NCBI RefSeq assembly: GCF_009914755.1
Contig: NC_060939.1
Direction: 5' to 3' (one strand)
Source: the human T2T-CHM13v2.0 reference genome, Homo sapiens
Length of the DNA: 64,000 bases
The notes under the pieces were generated by a model. The model had not been told where the DNA came from. It ran no database searches and saw only the letters and a list, made by a program, of their open reading frames with translations. The number at the start of each line of letters is the position of its first letter. The stretch's first letter is position 1. Of the stretch, positions 11,439 through 24,939 are shown one piece after another. A program made the position numbers and the translations under genes.

Positions 11439-12390
11439 GCTGTTTGGAATCCTGTAGATAGAGTTTTGGAGAATTAGACAAAACACTCACAGAAACTGCC
11501 AACCCTTGGATGAAATATATTGTTACTGTGCTTTGGGATTAAAATAAGTAACTACAGTTTATAGAACTTTTATACTGATACACAGACACTAAAAAGGGAA
11601 AGGGTTTGGATGAGAAGCTCTGCTCTGCAACCAGGAATCTCAGCCACTCATTTCTGTTGGAGCTGCAGGAGCTCCCTGTAAAGAGAGATTATGGAGTCTG
11701 TAGCTTCAGGAAAGATACTTAAAACCCTTCAGAGTTTCTCCATTTTTCCCAGAGTTTCCCCAAAAAGGTTATGACATTTTATAAGAATGCTTCACTTGTG
11801 AAAAACTAATACCAAGTCTTCTTGTAATTTATATTTAAGGATAAATCTTTATTCCATGTTTAATTTATTTCACTTATCCTGTAACTAATATTTCATGCTG
11901 AACACATTTTAAATGCTGTAAATGTAGATAATATAATTTATGGATCATTAATGCCTCTTTAGTAGTTTAATGTCAAAAGAAATGACCCCAGAATAAGCTT
12001 CTTGATTTGTAAAATTCTATGTCATTGACTCAAGTTTGTATGGCATCTCAAAATATAAATATAGACATCTCAGATAATATATTTGAAATAGCAAATTCCT
12101 GTTAGAAAAGAATAGTACTTAACTAGATAAGAATAACAGGTCACCATTATTTGAATTGTCTCCTATTAATTTTTGTTCTGTTGTGTTACTCATGTTTTAC
12201 TTATGGGGGATATACATAACTTCTGCTGTTTTCAGAATTATTGTATGCAGTCAGTATGAGAATGCAATTTTAGTTTCCTTGATGCTTTCTCACACCTCTA
12301 TTACTAGAAATAAGAATACAGTAATATTGGCAAAGAAAATTGACCAGTTCAATAAATTTTTTTAGTAAATCTGATTGAAAATAAACATTT
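11439..12390 (+). other. Possible relic terminal exon/3' UTR of the ankyrin-repeat-family gene remnant
   Basis: Pyrimidine-rich acceptor ...CTTTTTAG|GCTG at 11437-11438, about 0.9 kb of non-repeat AT-rich sequence, and two AATAAA near 12351 and 12380. The family assignment is inference only. Confidence 0.3.
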
Positions 12391-12559
12391 CTTACGGCTT
12401 TCTTACATCAATATTGTTATGTCTTAGACTACCGTATCTGAAATTAAGGCTTTGAAATTCTAATTATGTGCAAATGTGTAAAATATCATCACCTAACGCT
12501 ATATAATATATTCTATTTCTATACTGTGATGGCAGGTTTATAATTCTGGAAAGATATAC

Positions 12560-13060
12560 ACAACATAAAATTTACCTTTTTAATCACTTTAAGTGCACAG
12601 TTTTGTGGCATTAAGTATATTTGCACTATTGTGCAACAGTCACCACCATAGACCTCCAAAACTTGTCTTCTTCTCCAACTAAAATGCTTTACTCATTGAA
12701 CACCAACTTCCCATTCCTCTCCCTCTCCTTCCCCCTAGCAATCACCATTCTACTTTCTGTCTCTACAAATTTCACTAAGTAACTCATAGAAGTGGCATGA
12801 TAGAATGTTTGAATTTTTCTGACTGGCTTATTTCACTTAGCATGTCTTCAAGTTTCATCTATTTTGTAGCATGTGTGAGAATATATTTTAAGGCTGAATA
12901 TTATTATGTTGCCGTATATACCACATTTTGTTTAACCACTCATCCATCAATATTCACATGGGCTGCTCCCTCCCTTTGATTATTGTGAATAATATTGCTA
13001 ACGGACACGCTGCACAAACATCTTTTTGGTCCCTCCGCTCATTTATTTTGGATATGGATT
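12560..13060 (-). mobile_element. L1MB/MC-type 3' end fragment
   Basis: CAACATAAAATTTACC...TTCTGACTGGCTTATTTCACTTAGCATGTCTTCAAG, characteristic of an antisense L1M 3' end. Confidence 0.75.
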
Positions 13061-13649
13061 TGCATTTTAATACAAAGGAGAAATTACACAGCTTTTTAAA
13101 AGTGTCCAAATAAAAAGGAGCACAACATCAGTAAAATATTAGAAAGTAGATTGGGGGGAAAACAGGGAAGGAATTGAACCAAAAGTCAATAAGCTGCATA
13201 AGAGAGTTGCAAGAGGAGGAAAAAATTGACAATATTAACATAGAATTAAAGAGCGATAGGTCGATATTTAGAAAATTGTCGCATGTACTCATATGTCGCC
13301 TGTGAACTGACATTTACATTATTTTATTATTCCAGGTTTCCAAAAGTAAGTGCAATATGAGAGTTTCATGATGCTAAGTAAACTGAAACATGCTATATAT
13401 TTTGATATATTGTCCTTGAGAGGAGGCTGAGTGGTAATTAGTGCAATTTTAAATTATGATATGATAATGCAGTCAATCTGCCAAACTGAAAAAAAGTATA
13501 TATACAATATGTATACATTTCTCGCAAAATTCAGTTTTATCATACAATTAAATTATGATTTAAAACTACCTGACAATTAATGGAGGAAAAAATAAAACAA
13601 CATTTGCATTAATATTACCATAATTTTGATATTATTGTAAATATCAAAA

Positions 13650-14348
13650 TATGTAGTACTTAGAGATAAACCAGCAAAAAAGAGAAACATTTGAAAACTA
13701 CAAAACTACAAAATATTGCTAAAATAAACGAGACCTAAATAAATGGAATTTATGAGTCATAAATCTCAATATTGTTAAGATGTCTACTCTTTCCACATTG
13801 ATCTATAACAATTCCAATCAAATCACAGCTGGATTTCTTATTTTAGAAATTGAGAAACTAAAATTCTGAACTGTACATCGATGGGTAGAGGACCTATAAT
13901 GGCAAATTACTTTGAAAGGAAACAGTTACTTTGAAACCAGGTGCTGCTGGAGAATTAACAGCACCTGGATTCAAGACTTATAACATTACAGTAATACTTA
14001 AGACAATGTAGTACAAATATAGATATACACATGTATATCATCTATCAGCTAATTTTTGATAAAGTTCTTAGACCATTCATGGACATAACATTTTCAACAA
14101 ATGCTTCTGAAACAATTAGATATCCCAGTATATATTTGTGTGTGTGTGTGTGTGTGAAGCTCAATACTTCACACCTGAGAGGTATGAGTGTGCATTACAA
14201 AAGAGAACTGGGAAGCTTTGAGAGTATTGGATATGCTCATTGTCCCCTTCATGGTGATTAATGGGCACATGTACATATCAAATTCATCTCATTTACACTT
14301 TAAATATTGGAAGTGTGTTTTATGTTCGTTAGACATGAATAAAGCTGC
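13650..14348 (+). mobile_element. Degraded L1M ORF2/3' end
   Basis: CTCAATATTGTTAAGATGTC...CAATTCCAATCAAATCACAGC ORF2-like text, ending in an L1M-like tail with AATAAAGCTG. Confidence 0.6.
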
Positions 14349-15049
14349 AAAATGTTATCAAAATATTCACTTACTATGCTTTTATTCATTTTCATCTCTC
14401 TATAAACTTTCAGATAGAAAATGCAGTTGAAAGATATTTCATAAAGGAAGAAAAAGTAAGAATACAGGTGAGAGATATTACTGAGATTTTCTTTCAGTGC
14501 AATTCTGGTCTTTTCTGACTAGCAATATTTTTATGTGCAGAAGTAGTAGAAAAGATAAATATTTTGTACAGTAGAAAAACGCATCATTTCTGTGCCATGG
14601 AAGAGAGAACTCACAAAGATGACAGCTTCTGGCTATGTTGGATACTAACCAGTACTGTAAGTACCCAGCGATCTGACGTTAACATTGGCTGTAAAGCTCC
14701 TTTAATGTTCCTTGCAATGATTTGAACCTGTTACTGGAACCCTCATCGCTTATTGAGTTGAAAAACATTGTTGATATGTGTTTATCTTATATTTGCAGTA
14801 GAGTCATAATTTTACTTCTTAGAAAATTATACATTAAACAAAAAAGACACATGAAATTGTATATTGTTTAATGTTTCAACTGTGATAATCACTCCATATG
14901 CATATTTAAATTCCTATTTGATAAAGGATAGAAAATACAGAAAGAATTCTTGTGATAATAGAGAACACAGAACTGTTGAAAGGTGTTGAAGCTGAGCTGG
15001 AGAGAGTCACCAAGGCTGGCGCCAAAGCTGGCAAGGTCGGAGGGTTTCC

Positions 15050-16130
15050 TGCCTGGGTGGCACAGCTTGAGCTCGCCCTGCATCACGAGTGGTGGAAACT
15101 GCAGACCCAGCTGGGCCCGGAGGCCTCTGCCTCAGCCTCCCGCCCACTAGGAGCTGCGCTGAGGTCCCAGATAGGCGACCCTGGCAGGGCGCCCCTGAGC
15201 GAAGGGGGGACAGCAGCAGGAGACCAGGGTCCAGGGACCCACCTCCCACCGAGGGAACCTCGAGCCTCCCCTGGCACCCCTAGCTTGGTCCGCCTGGCCT
15301 CCGGAGCCCGGTGTGCATCCTGGTCATGGGGACACCCACCAGGTGCCCGGGAGTCCCCCTCCGCCACAGCCTGCGGCTCCGCCGGCCCTCAAGCCTGGTG
15401 CGGGGACTCCAGCCCCGTCGCCTCTGCTCCTGCCAGGCCGGGACCTGTCCTCCTCCTGGGCGCCCGGCAGTAGGGGCGATGCACACTGCCCGCTGCCCTG
15501 CACAGCCTTTCGCCGCACATCACCTCTGGCCCCTCCGCCCCGGGCCAGGACCTTCCTGGCCACACAGAACCCCCCTTCCTTCCCGCTGCAGAGCTGCTGC
15601 GCTTCCCCCACCCACAGGGAAAAACGGCCGATCTCCAACCAAACAGAAATCTGTGTGTGACTCCTCTGGTTGGATACTGCCAGTCCCCACATTTTCTTCC
15701 GGGAGTTTTCTTGGCAGAAGGTGCCCAATGTTTGATGTTTCGCCAGCCATGAGGCTGAAAAGTGACAGCAATAGAGAAACACATCAGGCTTTCCGCGACA
15801 AAGATGACCTTCCCTTCTTCAAAACTCAGCAATCTCCACGGCACACAAAGGACTTAGGACAAGATGACCGAGCTGGAGTGCTCGCCCCAAAATGCAGGCC
15901 CGGAGTGGGTCACCTCCTTAGGGCAGGCCCAGGCTTGTCCTGGCTGCCCGGGCACCTTTCTCCTCACTCCCACCCAATGCAGGGGACCCCAAAACTCGGC
16001 TGTTGGGGCTCCCTGCGCCTCCCTCCACAGAAGCCACCTCCTGCCCTCCAAGCTGGGGGTCTCCTGGGGCGTCCTGGGCTGAGAGGGAAAGACGCCAGCT
16101 CCGCAAGCCGGGAAGGGAACACCGCCACAT
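15050..16130. promoter_or_regulatory. GC/CpG-rich island-like segment
   Basis: Sharp switch from AT-rich to GC-rich sequence with many CpGs and a GC box (CCCCTCCGCCCC near 15530). Promoter activity is not shown. Confidence 0.4.
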
Positions 16131-16725
16131 TGTTACACGCACACACCACCACACTGTCACATGTACAGACACACGGAGACATTACCACACGGAGACACCG
16201 TCACATGGACACACTGGCACATTCACATGGACGGACACACAGACATACGGAGAAATCCACACGGACACACCACCACACTATCACAGGGACACACAGACAC
16301 ACGGAGACGTCACCACATGGACACACCACCACACTATCACAGGGACACACACAAGAGACATCACTACACTGTCACATGGACACACCATCACACTCACACG
16401 AACACAAAAACACACTGCCACATGGACACTGCCACACACACACACACCGCCTCACTGTCACATGGACACACCTCCACACTGTCAGACACCACCACACAGA
16501 CACTGCCATGTGGAAACAAGGACACACAGACACTGTCACACGGATACACAAACACACTGTCACACGGAGACATCACCATGCAGATACATGAACACACCAC
16601 CACATGGACATAGCACCACACAGACACTCTGCCACACGGACACACCACCACACAGAAATGCGGACACACCACCACACAGACACACCACCACGCTGCCACA
16701 CAGAGACACCACCACATCGTTGCCA
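16130..16725. repeat. Degenerate CA-rich repeat (GGACACACCACCACAC-like motifs)
   Basis: Repeated GACACACCACCACAC / CACTGTCACA(T/C)GGA motifs; gives His/Thr-rich ORFs in three frames. Confidence 0.85.
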
Positions 16726-16791
16726 CACTTTCATGTGTCAGCTGGCGGTGTGGGCCCCACGACTCTGGGCTCTAATAGAGAAATTACTTAG

Positions 16792-17108
<317 letters not shown>

Positions 17109-17522
17109 AAGAATTTCTTTCCATCTCCTGTGTCATTGCTTTGGCAGTGGAAATGCGCGTGGCCTCTAGAGTGGGTCCCAAGGTCAGGAAGGCCTGTAAG
17201 GTGGAGGGCAAGGTCTCTCTTTCCAGGCTGGAATGGAGGAAGATGTGGTGGCTGAGGGGCTGCATGTCCTCCTCACAGCAGGCCCCTGAGAACATTTATC
17301 CTCCTGAGCCGCCAGTGTCCCTCAGGGGTGTCTAAAGCGCTGGGTGGGGCCTTTATAGGCCTTAGGAGCTCTGGCCCATTAGTGGTGCGTAAAACGCAGA
17401 GGTGAACACCATAGAACAACAGGTCCAGGAGAATTTTGTAAAAGCTCTGAGGATGCCCTTTTTTGTTCTCCCACTGCAAAATTGTTTTAAAAAGGAAAAA
17501 ATCCATCAATGTCCGGGGAAAG

Positions 17523-19206
17523 TCAATACTGAGTGTCAGCGCGGGATGCTGCCGCTGATACGATCCCGGCGTCCTGGCCGAAAGTGGCCTCCTCGGGGAC
17601 CGCATCTCCGCGCACCATGGCAGCAAACGCCAGCGGTTTGTGGGCAGATGGTGTCCCTGTGGCCATCCCCGCTCCTGAGTGCGGAAGGACAGACAGGAGC
17701 GGGGACTTCTGGGTGTTCCTGGTGTCAGCCAGCTTGACGCCGTTGTTCCTCCTGGACGTCCGGGATTTGGAGAAGCACCTGGTTCCTGATGGAGGCCGTG
17801 GGCCTCTTGGTCCCCGCTTACCAGGCAGCGGCGCCGGCCTAGTTCTCAGCCCCGCCCCCGATGGGCGCCGCCTTCCATCAGGCCAAAGACTTTCCTCCAA
17901 ACTGCCCTTCTTGGGGCGGGGAAGCAGCATCCTGGGCCTCCCCTGGGGCCTGTGGCGCTGGCAGCAGCTCCACGTTGAGGTCGCCTGCAGCCTGCACCGC
18001 GGAGCGCTGGAGGTCCCTGAACCCGGCGTGGGGAGGCCAATCCGCAGGTGCCTGGTGCCCGGTGCCGGTCGCAGTCTCAAAAGCGCCTGGAGGTGACATC
18101 CAGGAGCACCACCGCGCCGCCCGCAGGGAGACGCATGGCAAGGCGCGCCCCCTAAAGCGGCCAAGGAAGAAGCAGAAGGACAGGAAGGCACCCAGAGCTT
18201 GGGGTGATCTCAGGCCGCGCGCCCCAAGTTCCTGGTCTCTGGGAGGTTTTTTTTAAATTTCTTCCATATTATTATTTTTATTATTATTAACTTTTCAAGA
18301 TGGATTAAAGACTTAAATGTTAGACCTAAAACCATAAAAACCCTAGAAGAAAACCTAGGCAATACCATTCAGGACATAGGCATGGGCAAGGACTTCATGT
18401 CTAAATCACCAAAAACAATGGCAACAAAAGCCAAAATTGACAAATGGGATCTAACTAAACTAAAGACCTTCTGCACAGCAAAAGAAACTACCATCAGAGT
18501 GAACAGGCAACTTACAGAATGGCAGAAAAATTTTGCAATCTACCCATCTGACAAAGGGCTAATATCCAGAATCTACAAAGAACTTAAACAAATGTACCAG
18601 AAAAAATCAAACAATCCCATCAAAAAGTGGGCGAAGGATATGAACAGACACTTCTCAAAAGAAGACATTTATGCAGCCAACAGACACATGAAAAAATGTT
18701 CATCATCACTGGCCATCAGAGAAATGCAAATCAAAACCACAATCCGGGAGGTCTTGCCAAAGACGATGTGGGCTTTCTGGGCAATGTCCAGCCTGAGCTG
18801 GAGCTTCTGGGACGCGGTCAAGTGGTCCTTTGGAGATTCCACGGCTTCGGATCCCTACTGCAGGATGCTCCGCTGTGTCTGCCAGCCTCTGGCGTTTTGC
18901 TGAGGGGTAACCTCGGAATGTATAGAAATAAGAACACTGGGATGGCCCAGTCATGCCCCAGGCATTCCTGCACACAGTGGTGGCAAAGGCAGGCGCTCAG
19001 ACAAAGTGCCCGGTCGGCTTGGTGAGAGTACTTTACAGGTTAGTGACAGACTTGGTCCCGTGCTTGTGTCCTCTCATGTTTTCAGTTAACCTGCGGACGC
19101 CCAGGGGCTCCTCCATCTCCACCGTGTTCTCCTCGGGCTGAAGCCCAAAGTCCCCCATTTTCTCCTCAAACGGCTCACAGAGCCACTTCTGCAGGCAGGA
19201 GGACAG
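17523..19206 (-). pseudogene. GRAMD4: GRAMD4 processed pseudogene (5'-truncated, frameshifted, interrupted by L1)
   Basis: Minus strand from ~19206 reads LSSCLQKWLCEPFEEKMGDFGLQPEENTVEMEEPLGVRRLTENMR (GRAMD4 as recalled: LSSRLQKWFYERFGEYVEDFRFQPEENTVETEEPLSARRLTENMR). ORF 17523-18191 ends SKSRTSRRNNGVKLADTRNTQKSPLLSVLPHSGAGMATGTPSAHKPLAFAAMVRGDA...SAAAS, matching the GRAM domain and C-terminus. No introns. Confidence 0.9.
18251..18743. mobile_element. L1PA insertion with 5' inversion inside the GRAMD4 retrocopy
   Basis: Short antisense L1 3' tail (T-run, TTTTTATTATTATTAACTTT) joined to a sense ORF2 piece (18296-18743; [23 protein letters not shown]...REMQIKTT). Flanked by CTGGGAGGTTTT (18239-18250) and CCGGGAGGTCTT (18744-18755). 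Confidence 0.85.
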
Positions 19207-20219
19207 CGGTGGGCTCAGTGGCTGACCTGGGAAGCCACATCTGAAGGAACTGCTGGGTGACTATGGCCGTAAGTCAATCAAAGCAGACTTTCCCTGGCTT
19301 GCTGCGCTACATTGATTTTGTTTTCATATTTTAAAAGACGCAGAAGGGAGGTCCTAGGAAATTTGCCCAATGCAGATGCTGACAAGAGTGGTGACATGAA
19401 AAAGATTACCCAGAAGGAAAACAAGAGCTATTTTCTAAACATCTGAAATCTGTGTAGGCTTTTGGAAAAGTGAAACTAGATGCAAAGCAGCATGATATAA
19501 TTCTGGCAATTTCCACTGACACAGAACTCAGTCAATCTGAATTAATCTAAGGGTTACAAGGAAAATGGCACTCCAAGAGGTACCTATTAACATCACTCAG
19601 CTGCTGTGAAATAGGCTTACAGACAACACGGAGTGTCAATTATCCAATGTTTAAAGTCAGTGATACAGATTGGACTACAATCTCTATGGCTCATAAAGTC
19701 TTCTTTAAAGGATTGATAGATGATTTATCTCATATGTAGACAATGATTCTCAGCAGTTAGCTAGCACAACTTGCTAATATCAATTGCTTGAGAAAATCAG
19801 ATAATTGCTTGAGAAAATTAGGACATTGCTTGAGGATGTTAGGTAATTAAATAAATTACTTTTTTTAAGAATAGTTTAATGTTTTGGCAAGTAGACTTTA
19901 AAATAGATTGGTAATATTTTAAAGGCTACTTTTAAAGAAGTAGCAATATAACATGTTTAATTATGAAAAATAATGTTGGAAACAATTCAATTTTCTATCA
20001 GATAATTTCACAAATATAGAAATACCATCTCAATAATTAGAAGAAGTAGCAGCAATTTCTGTCATTTTTATGCAAGTTACTCCTAGTCCATTTATCTGGT
20101 CTTAAATAGTGTTTTTAAAATTTGTTTTCAAACAAGGCAAATCATAAATAATAGAATATATTTTACAATAATTGAAGTTAACAAAAAATAAGAGCCATTT
20201 AAAAAATTGTATTAGATTG

Positions 20220-21820
20220 TTTAAAAATGTTGTGGGTACATAGTATGTGTATGTATCTGTGGGGTCCCTGAGATGTTTTGATACAGGCATGCAAGGTGAA
20301 ATAAGCACATCTTGGGGAATGGGGTATCCCTCCCCTCAAGCATTTATCCTTCAAGTTATAAAAAATTCAATTACAGTCTTAGTTATTTCAAAATGTACAA
20401 CGAAATTATTATTGGATATAGTCACCCTATTGTGCTATAAAATAGTAGGTCTTATTAACTCTCTATTTTTATACCCATTAACCATCCCCACCTTCCCACA
20501 AAATCCCCCCCCAACTACCTTTCCCAGCCTCTGATAACCATCCTTATACTCTCTATGTCCATGAGTTTGTTTTGATTTTAGATCCCACAAATAAGTAAGA
20601 ACATGTAACATTTGTCTTTCTGCGCCTGGCTTATTTCACTTAATATAATGATCCATAATGTTCCATCAGTGTTACTGACAATGACTGGATCTTGTTCTTT
20701 GTTACAGCTGAATAGTCCTCCATTGTGTATATGTACCACATTTTCTTTATCCATTCATCTGTTGATGGACACTAAGGTTTCTTCCAAATCTTAGTTTTGT
20801 AAACAGTGCTGCAACAAATATGGGAGTGCAGATATGTATTTGACATACTGATTTCCTTTATTTTTGGTATAGACCCAGCAGTAGGATTGCTAGATCATAT
20901 GCTAGCTCAACTTTTAGTTTATTGAGAAACATCCAAACTGTTCACCTTGGTGGTTTTATTAATTTACATTCCCAGGAGCAATGTACAAGTGTTCCGTTTT
21001 CTCTGCTTCCCTGCTAGCATTTGTTACTGCCTGTCTTTTGCATACAAGTCTTATAAACTGTGGTGAGATGATATCTCATTGTAGTTTTGATTTGCATTTC
21101 TCTGATGATCAGTGATATTGAGCACCTTTTCTTATACCTGTTTGCCATTTGTAGGTCTTCTTTTGAGAAATATCTATTCGAATCTTTTGCCCCCTTTTTT
21201 TAACCAGGTTATTAGATTGTTTCTTAAAGAGTTGTTTGAGCTTTTTATATATTCTGATTATTAATCCTTTGTTGGATGAGTAGTTTGCAAATATTTTCTC
21301 TCATTCTGTGGATTATCTCTTAACTTTGTTGCTTGTATCATTTTCCGTGCAGAAGCTTTTAACTTAATGTGATCCATTTGTCCATTTTTGCTTTGGTTGC
21401 CTGTGCTTGTGGGGTATTGCTCAAGATATTTTTGCCCAGACCAATATCCTGGAGATTTCCCCCAAAGTTTTTTTGTACTAGTTTTATAGTTTGAGGTCTT
21501 AGCTTTACATCTTTAATCAACTTTGATTTTACTTTTGTATTCAGTGATAGATACTAGTCTGTTTTCATTCTTCTGCATATGGATATCCAGTTTTTTCAAC
21601 ACCATTTCCCACCAGTGTATGTTCTTGGCACCTTTGTCAAAAATGAGTTCACTGTAGGTATGTAGATTTGTTACTGGGTTCTCTATTGTGTTTCATTGAT
21701 CTATGGGCCTCTTTTTATGTCAGTACCCTACTCTTTTGGTTACTGTAATTCTGTAGTATAATATGAAGTTAGATAATATAATTCCTCCAGTTTTATTTAT
21801 TTATTTATTTTTGCTTAGGA
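20220..21820 (-). mobile_element. L1MA-type 3' portion
   Basis: GGGTACATAG...GGGGTATCCCTCCCCTCAAGCATTTATCC (L1MA 3' UTR) followed by antisense ORF2 (GATATCTCATTGTAGTTTTGATTTGCATTTCTCTGATGATC). Confidence 0.88.
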
Positions 21821-21968
21821 TAGTATTATTTCTTATACTGAAAGCATTCTATGTTATTATTAGTCTAATTTTGCAGTTTTACAATGCTATCCTCTTTTAC
21901 AAAGCTGTGATCAACTCAAAGTCCAGATCAGGGTCAATTGTAGCTATTTGCAAAAGTAGCAATATTCT

Positions 21969-22309
<341 letters not shown>

Positions 22310-22579
22310 TCACTATTATGTGGATCAGAGAGCAGAGCATTCTGAATGCATGAACATATCTTTAACATTTCAATACATTACTCATAATTACTAATGAACT
22401 AAAGAGAAACCAAGAAATTATGGTGATAGTTATATTGACTTGGTGAAATGTAGACACAAAATAACGGTAAGATGAGAAATGTGTTAACACAGGCTATAAG
22501 GGCATGCAAGAATAAAAATAGGGGAGAAAACAGGAGAGTTTTTCAAGAGCTTTCTGGTCATGTAAGTCAATTTGTATCG

Positions 22580-23100
22580 GTTAATTTTTAAAAGGTTTAT
22601 TTACATGCAATAAACTGCACATACTTCAATTGTACATTTTGATAATTCTTGGCATTTGTAGCTCTACAAAACCAACAACATATGAAAATAGCAAACATAT
22701 CCATTACCTTTACCACCAAAGTTTCCTTGTGCTTTTTCTACTCACTTTTTCCTGCCTATCCCCATTCCATCCACAGGCAACCACTGATCCACTTCTAGTC
22801 ACTATCCGTGAGTTTTTATTTCCAAATACATAAAATCATAGGGTATGTATACTTTCTGATCACTCAGCATCACTATTTTTGAGATTTATTCATGTTGCTA
22901 CATCTATCAATTGTTCTGTTCTTACTAGGGAGTATTATTTCATTATATACAGATACCATAGTAAGTTTATAAGTCACAAATTCACCTGTCCATGGATATT
23001 TGGACTATTTTCAGGTTTTGGCTGTTGCAAGTAAAGCTGCTATGAAGATTCATGTAAAATCCTTTGAATGGGCATATGCTCTTAGGTTTTCATCTCTACT
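22580..23100 (-). mobile_element. Old L1M 3' end fragment
   Basis: CAGGCAACCACTGATCCACTT...TTTTTGAGATTTATTCATGTTG...AAAGCTGCTATGAAGATTCATG. Confidence 0.65.
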
Positions 23101-24939
23101 GGAATAGATAGCTATATGGCTATCATGTCTGTAATATGCAAACACAAAGCCTGACAAAACTGATTTCTAAAGTGGAAATTCCACTGGAGAACCTTGACTC
23201 CAACCTGGCTTTTGAGATTATCTCCTATGTCTGGTGCAATGATTGGTCCTGGGGTAGCCACATGACCCAAGGGGGACCATGTTTAAACTTCTGAGTTTTC
23301 ACCGAGGTTAACATGCATTTGTTGAAAGAGAAACCCCTTTTCCCCTACTCCCCCAGCTGCAAATGCCTTCAGGGATTATATCATGTTGGAACATTTGGTT
23401 ACAGTGTTTCCTAAACTTTGGGGGTAAAAATTGTTCAAGTAGGTAAAAATGGAGCACACACAAAGAAAAAAGGAGTCCAGAAATATCAAATAAAGAAAGG
23501 GCCTCCATAAAATCATTTGAACTTATGATTAATTCATTAGTCATTAAAATAAGTTTAGTGTACAAAGAATCATCCCTCCAACCACCCTTTATTCCTTCAC
23601 CAGGTTTAAGTTACATTTTTAAACTTGCAAACAAAAGATTTGTCATTAACTTAGACATCAAAATCCCTTGTCTCCAAGAGCAATCATTCAACTCTGTCCC
23701 TCTCATTATTACAATAATATGTTCACTTTATTCTACATACACCTGCTCGTTGCCCTTGTCTCCCTATTCTATTCTGTTAAAGTTATATCCAGACATTTAT
23801 TTCATTTTATATCAAAGAAACTGTATACACGTTTTTAATCTTAGAAAAATTTCTGAGTAATCTTTTGTCTCATATTCGATTTTAAGCCACCCAAGAAGCA
23901 TTATTTTTTCATTTAGCATTTTAACTTTTCTAACCCAGGACTTTTATAGTAGATATTATGTCTTTTTCTAAATGTTCTGCTTCAATTTACATTTTAAATC
24001 TAATTTTTAAAAAGTGTATGTTTTGAATATTAGCATCATGCATCTCAGGCCTAAATATCCCTTGATAACTAATATTGTCCTTTTTTCTCTACATTTTTCA
24101 CATATTTCAATAGGGAGCTATATTGCCTGCCACAATAAAAGTTTTTGTCAATATAACATAACACATAGGCAAAATATTGTTTCCAAGTGATTGATGATGT
24201 GGTGCCTTCAGTCTAGTCCCAACCCCTCAATGTAATCATCATCCCTAAATCTAATGAAATAGGAAATAAATATTTCATTTTGTTTCTAAAATTCAGCAGA
24301 AAAATATACAGCCTGTCACATATAGCCTGTAACACCAACATATAAAAATTAAAGCAGTTCCTTCTCCACTCCCACTGCTTCACTTGACTAGCCTTAAAAA
24401 ATAATAATAATAATAAATAAAAGCAAAATTGTTCCTTTACTTATCTTTGAAATCTAATGGATATACTATCAGAAAAGCTCTTATGTATATGGAGGGCCTC
24501 TATAAAATATAAACTGTTAACTAGAAAAGTAGATTTATATGATAGTTAAATTTAAAACACAATTATATATAGTACCTTCCCAAATGCACCAGTACTTATT
24601 TCAGAATGCATGATGTAATTGACTAAACCATTTAGGGCTAGACCTCTGAAATAAAAGGCATTCACACTTTGTGATTCCTGGGGAAATATTCAAAATAGAA
24701 ACTTGCAGAATCTTTACCTGATCATGATAAAAAAAATGTTCCTACTTGTTAATATGCCACAGCTTTTACAAGGTCAGCAAAAAGAGATTATCCCACAATA
24801 AAAGCTGATGGCCAAAATTATCTGCCTTACTTTAGTTACCATAATATCTATTAAGTGTAAATTTCTTCTGAAGGAAAACAGATACACTTTTCTCAGAAAT
24901 GTCTTTAGATGAAGATCTAGCACATCTGTGTTCCTCACT

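Noticed and set aside
15311-16591. Longest ORF (426 aa) as a conventional gene
   Set aside because: GTG start, no known domain, and the C-terminal third comes from a CA-rich repeat that is largely open in all three frames. Kept only as a speculative spliced ORF.
18382-18903. 173-aa ORF
   Set aside because: Chimera of an L1 ORF2 fragment and antisense GRAMD4 pseudogene.
19782-19836. Three copies of ATTGCTTGAG spaced 21-22 bp apart
   Set aside because: A short slippage-type tandem repeat with no further structure.
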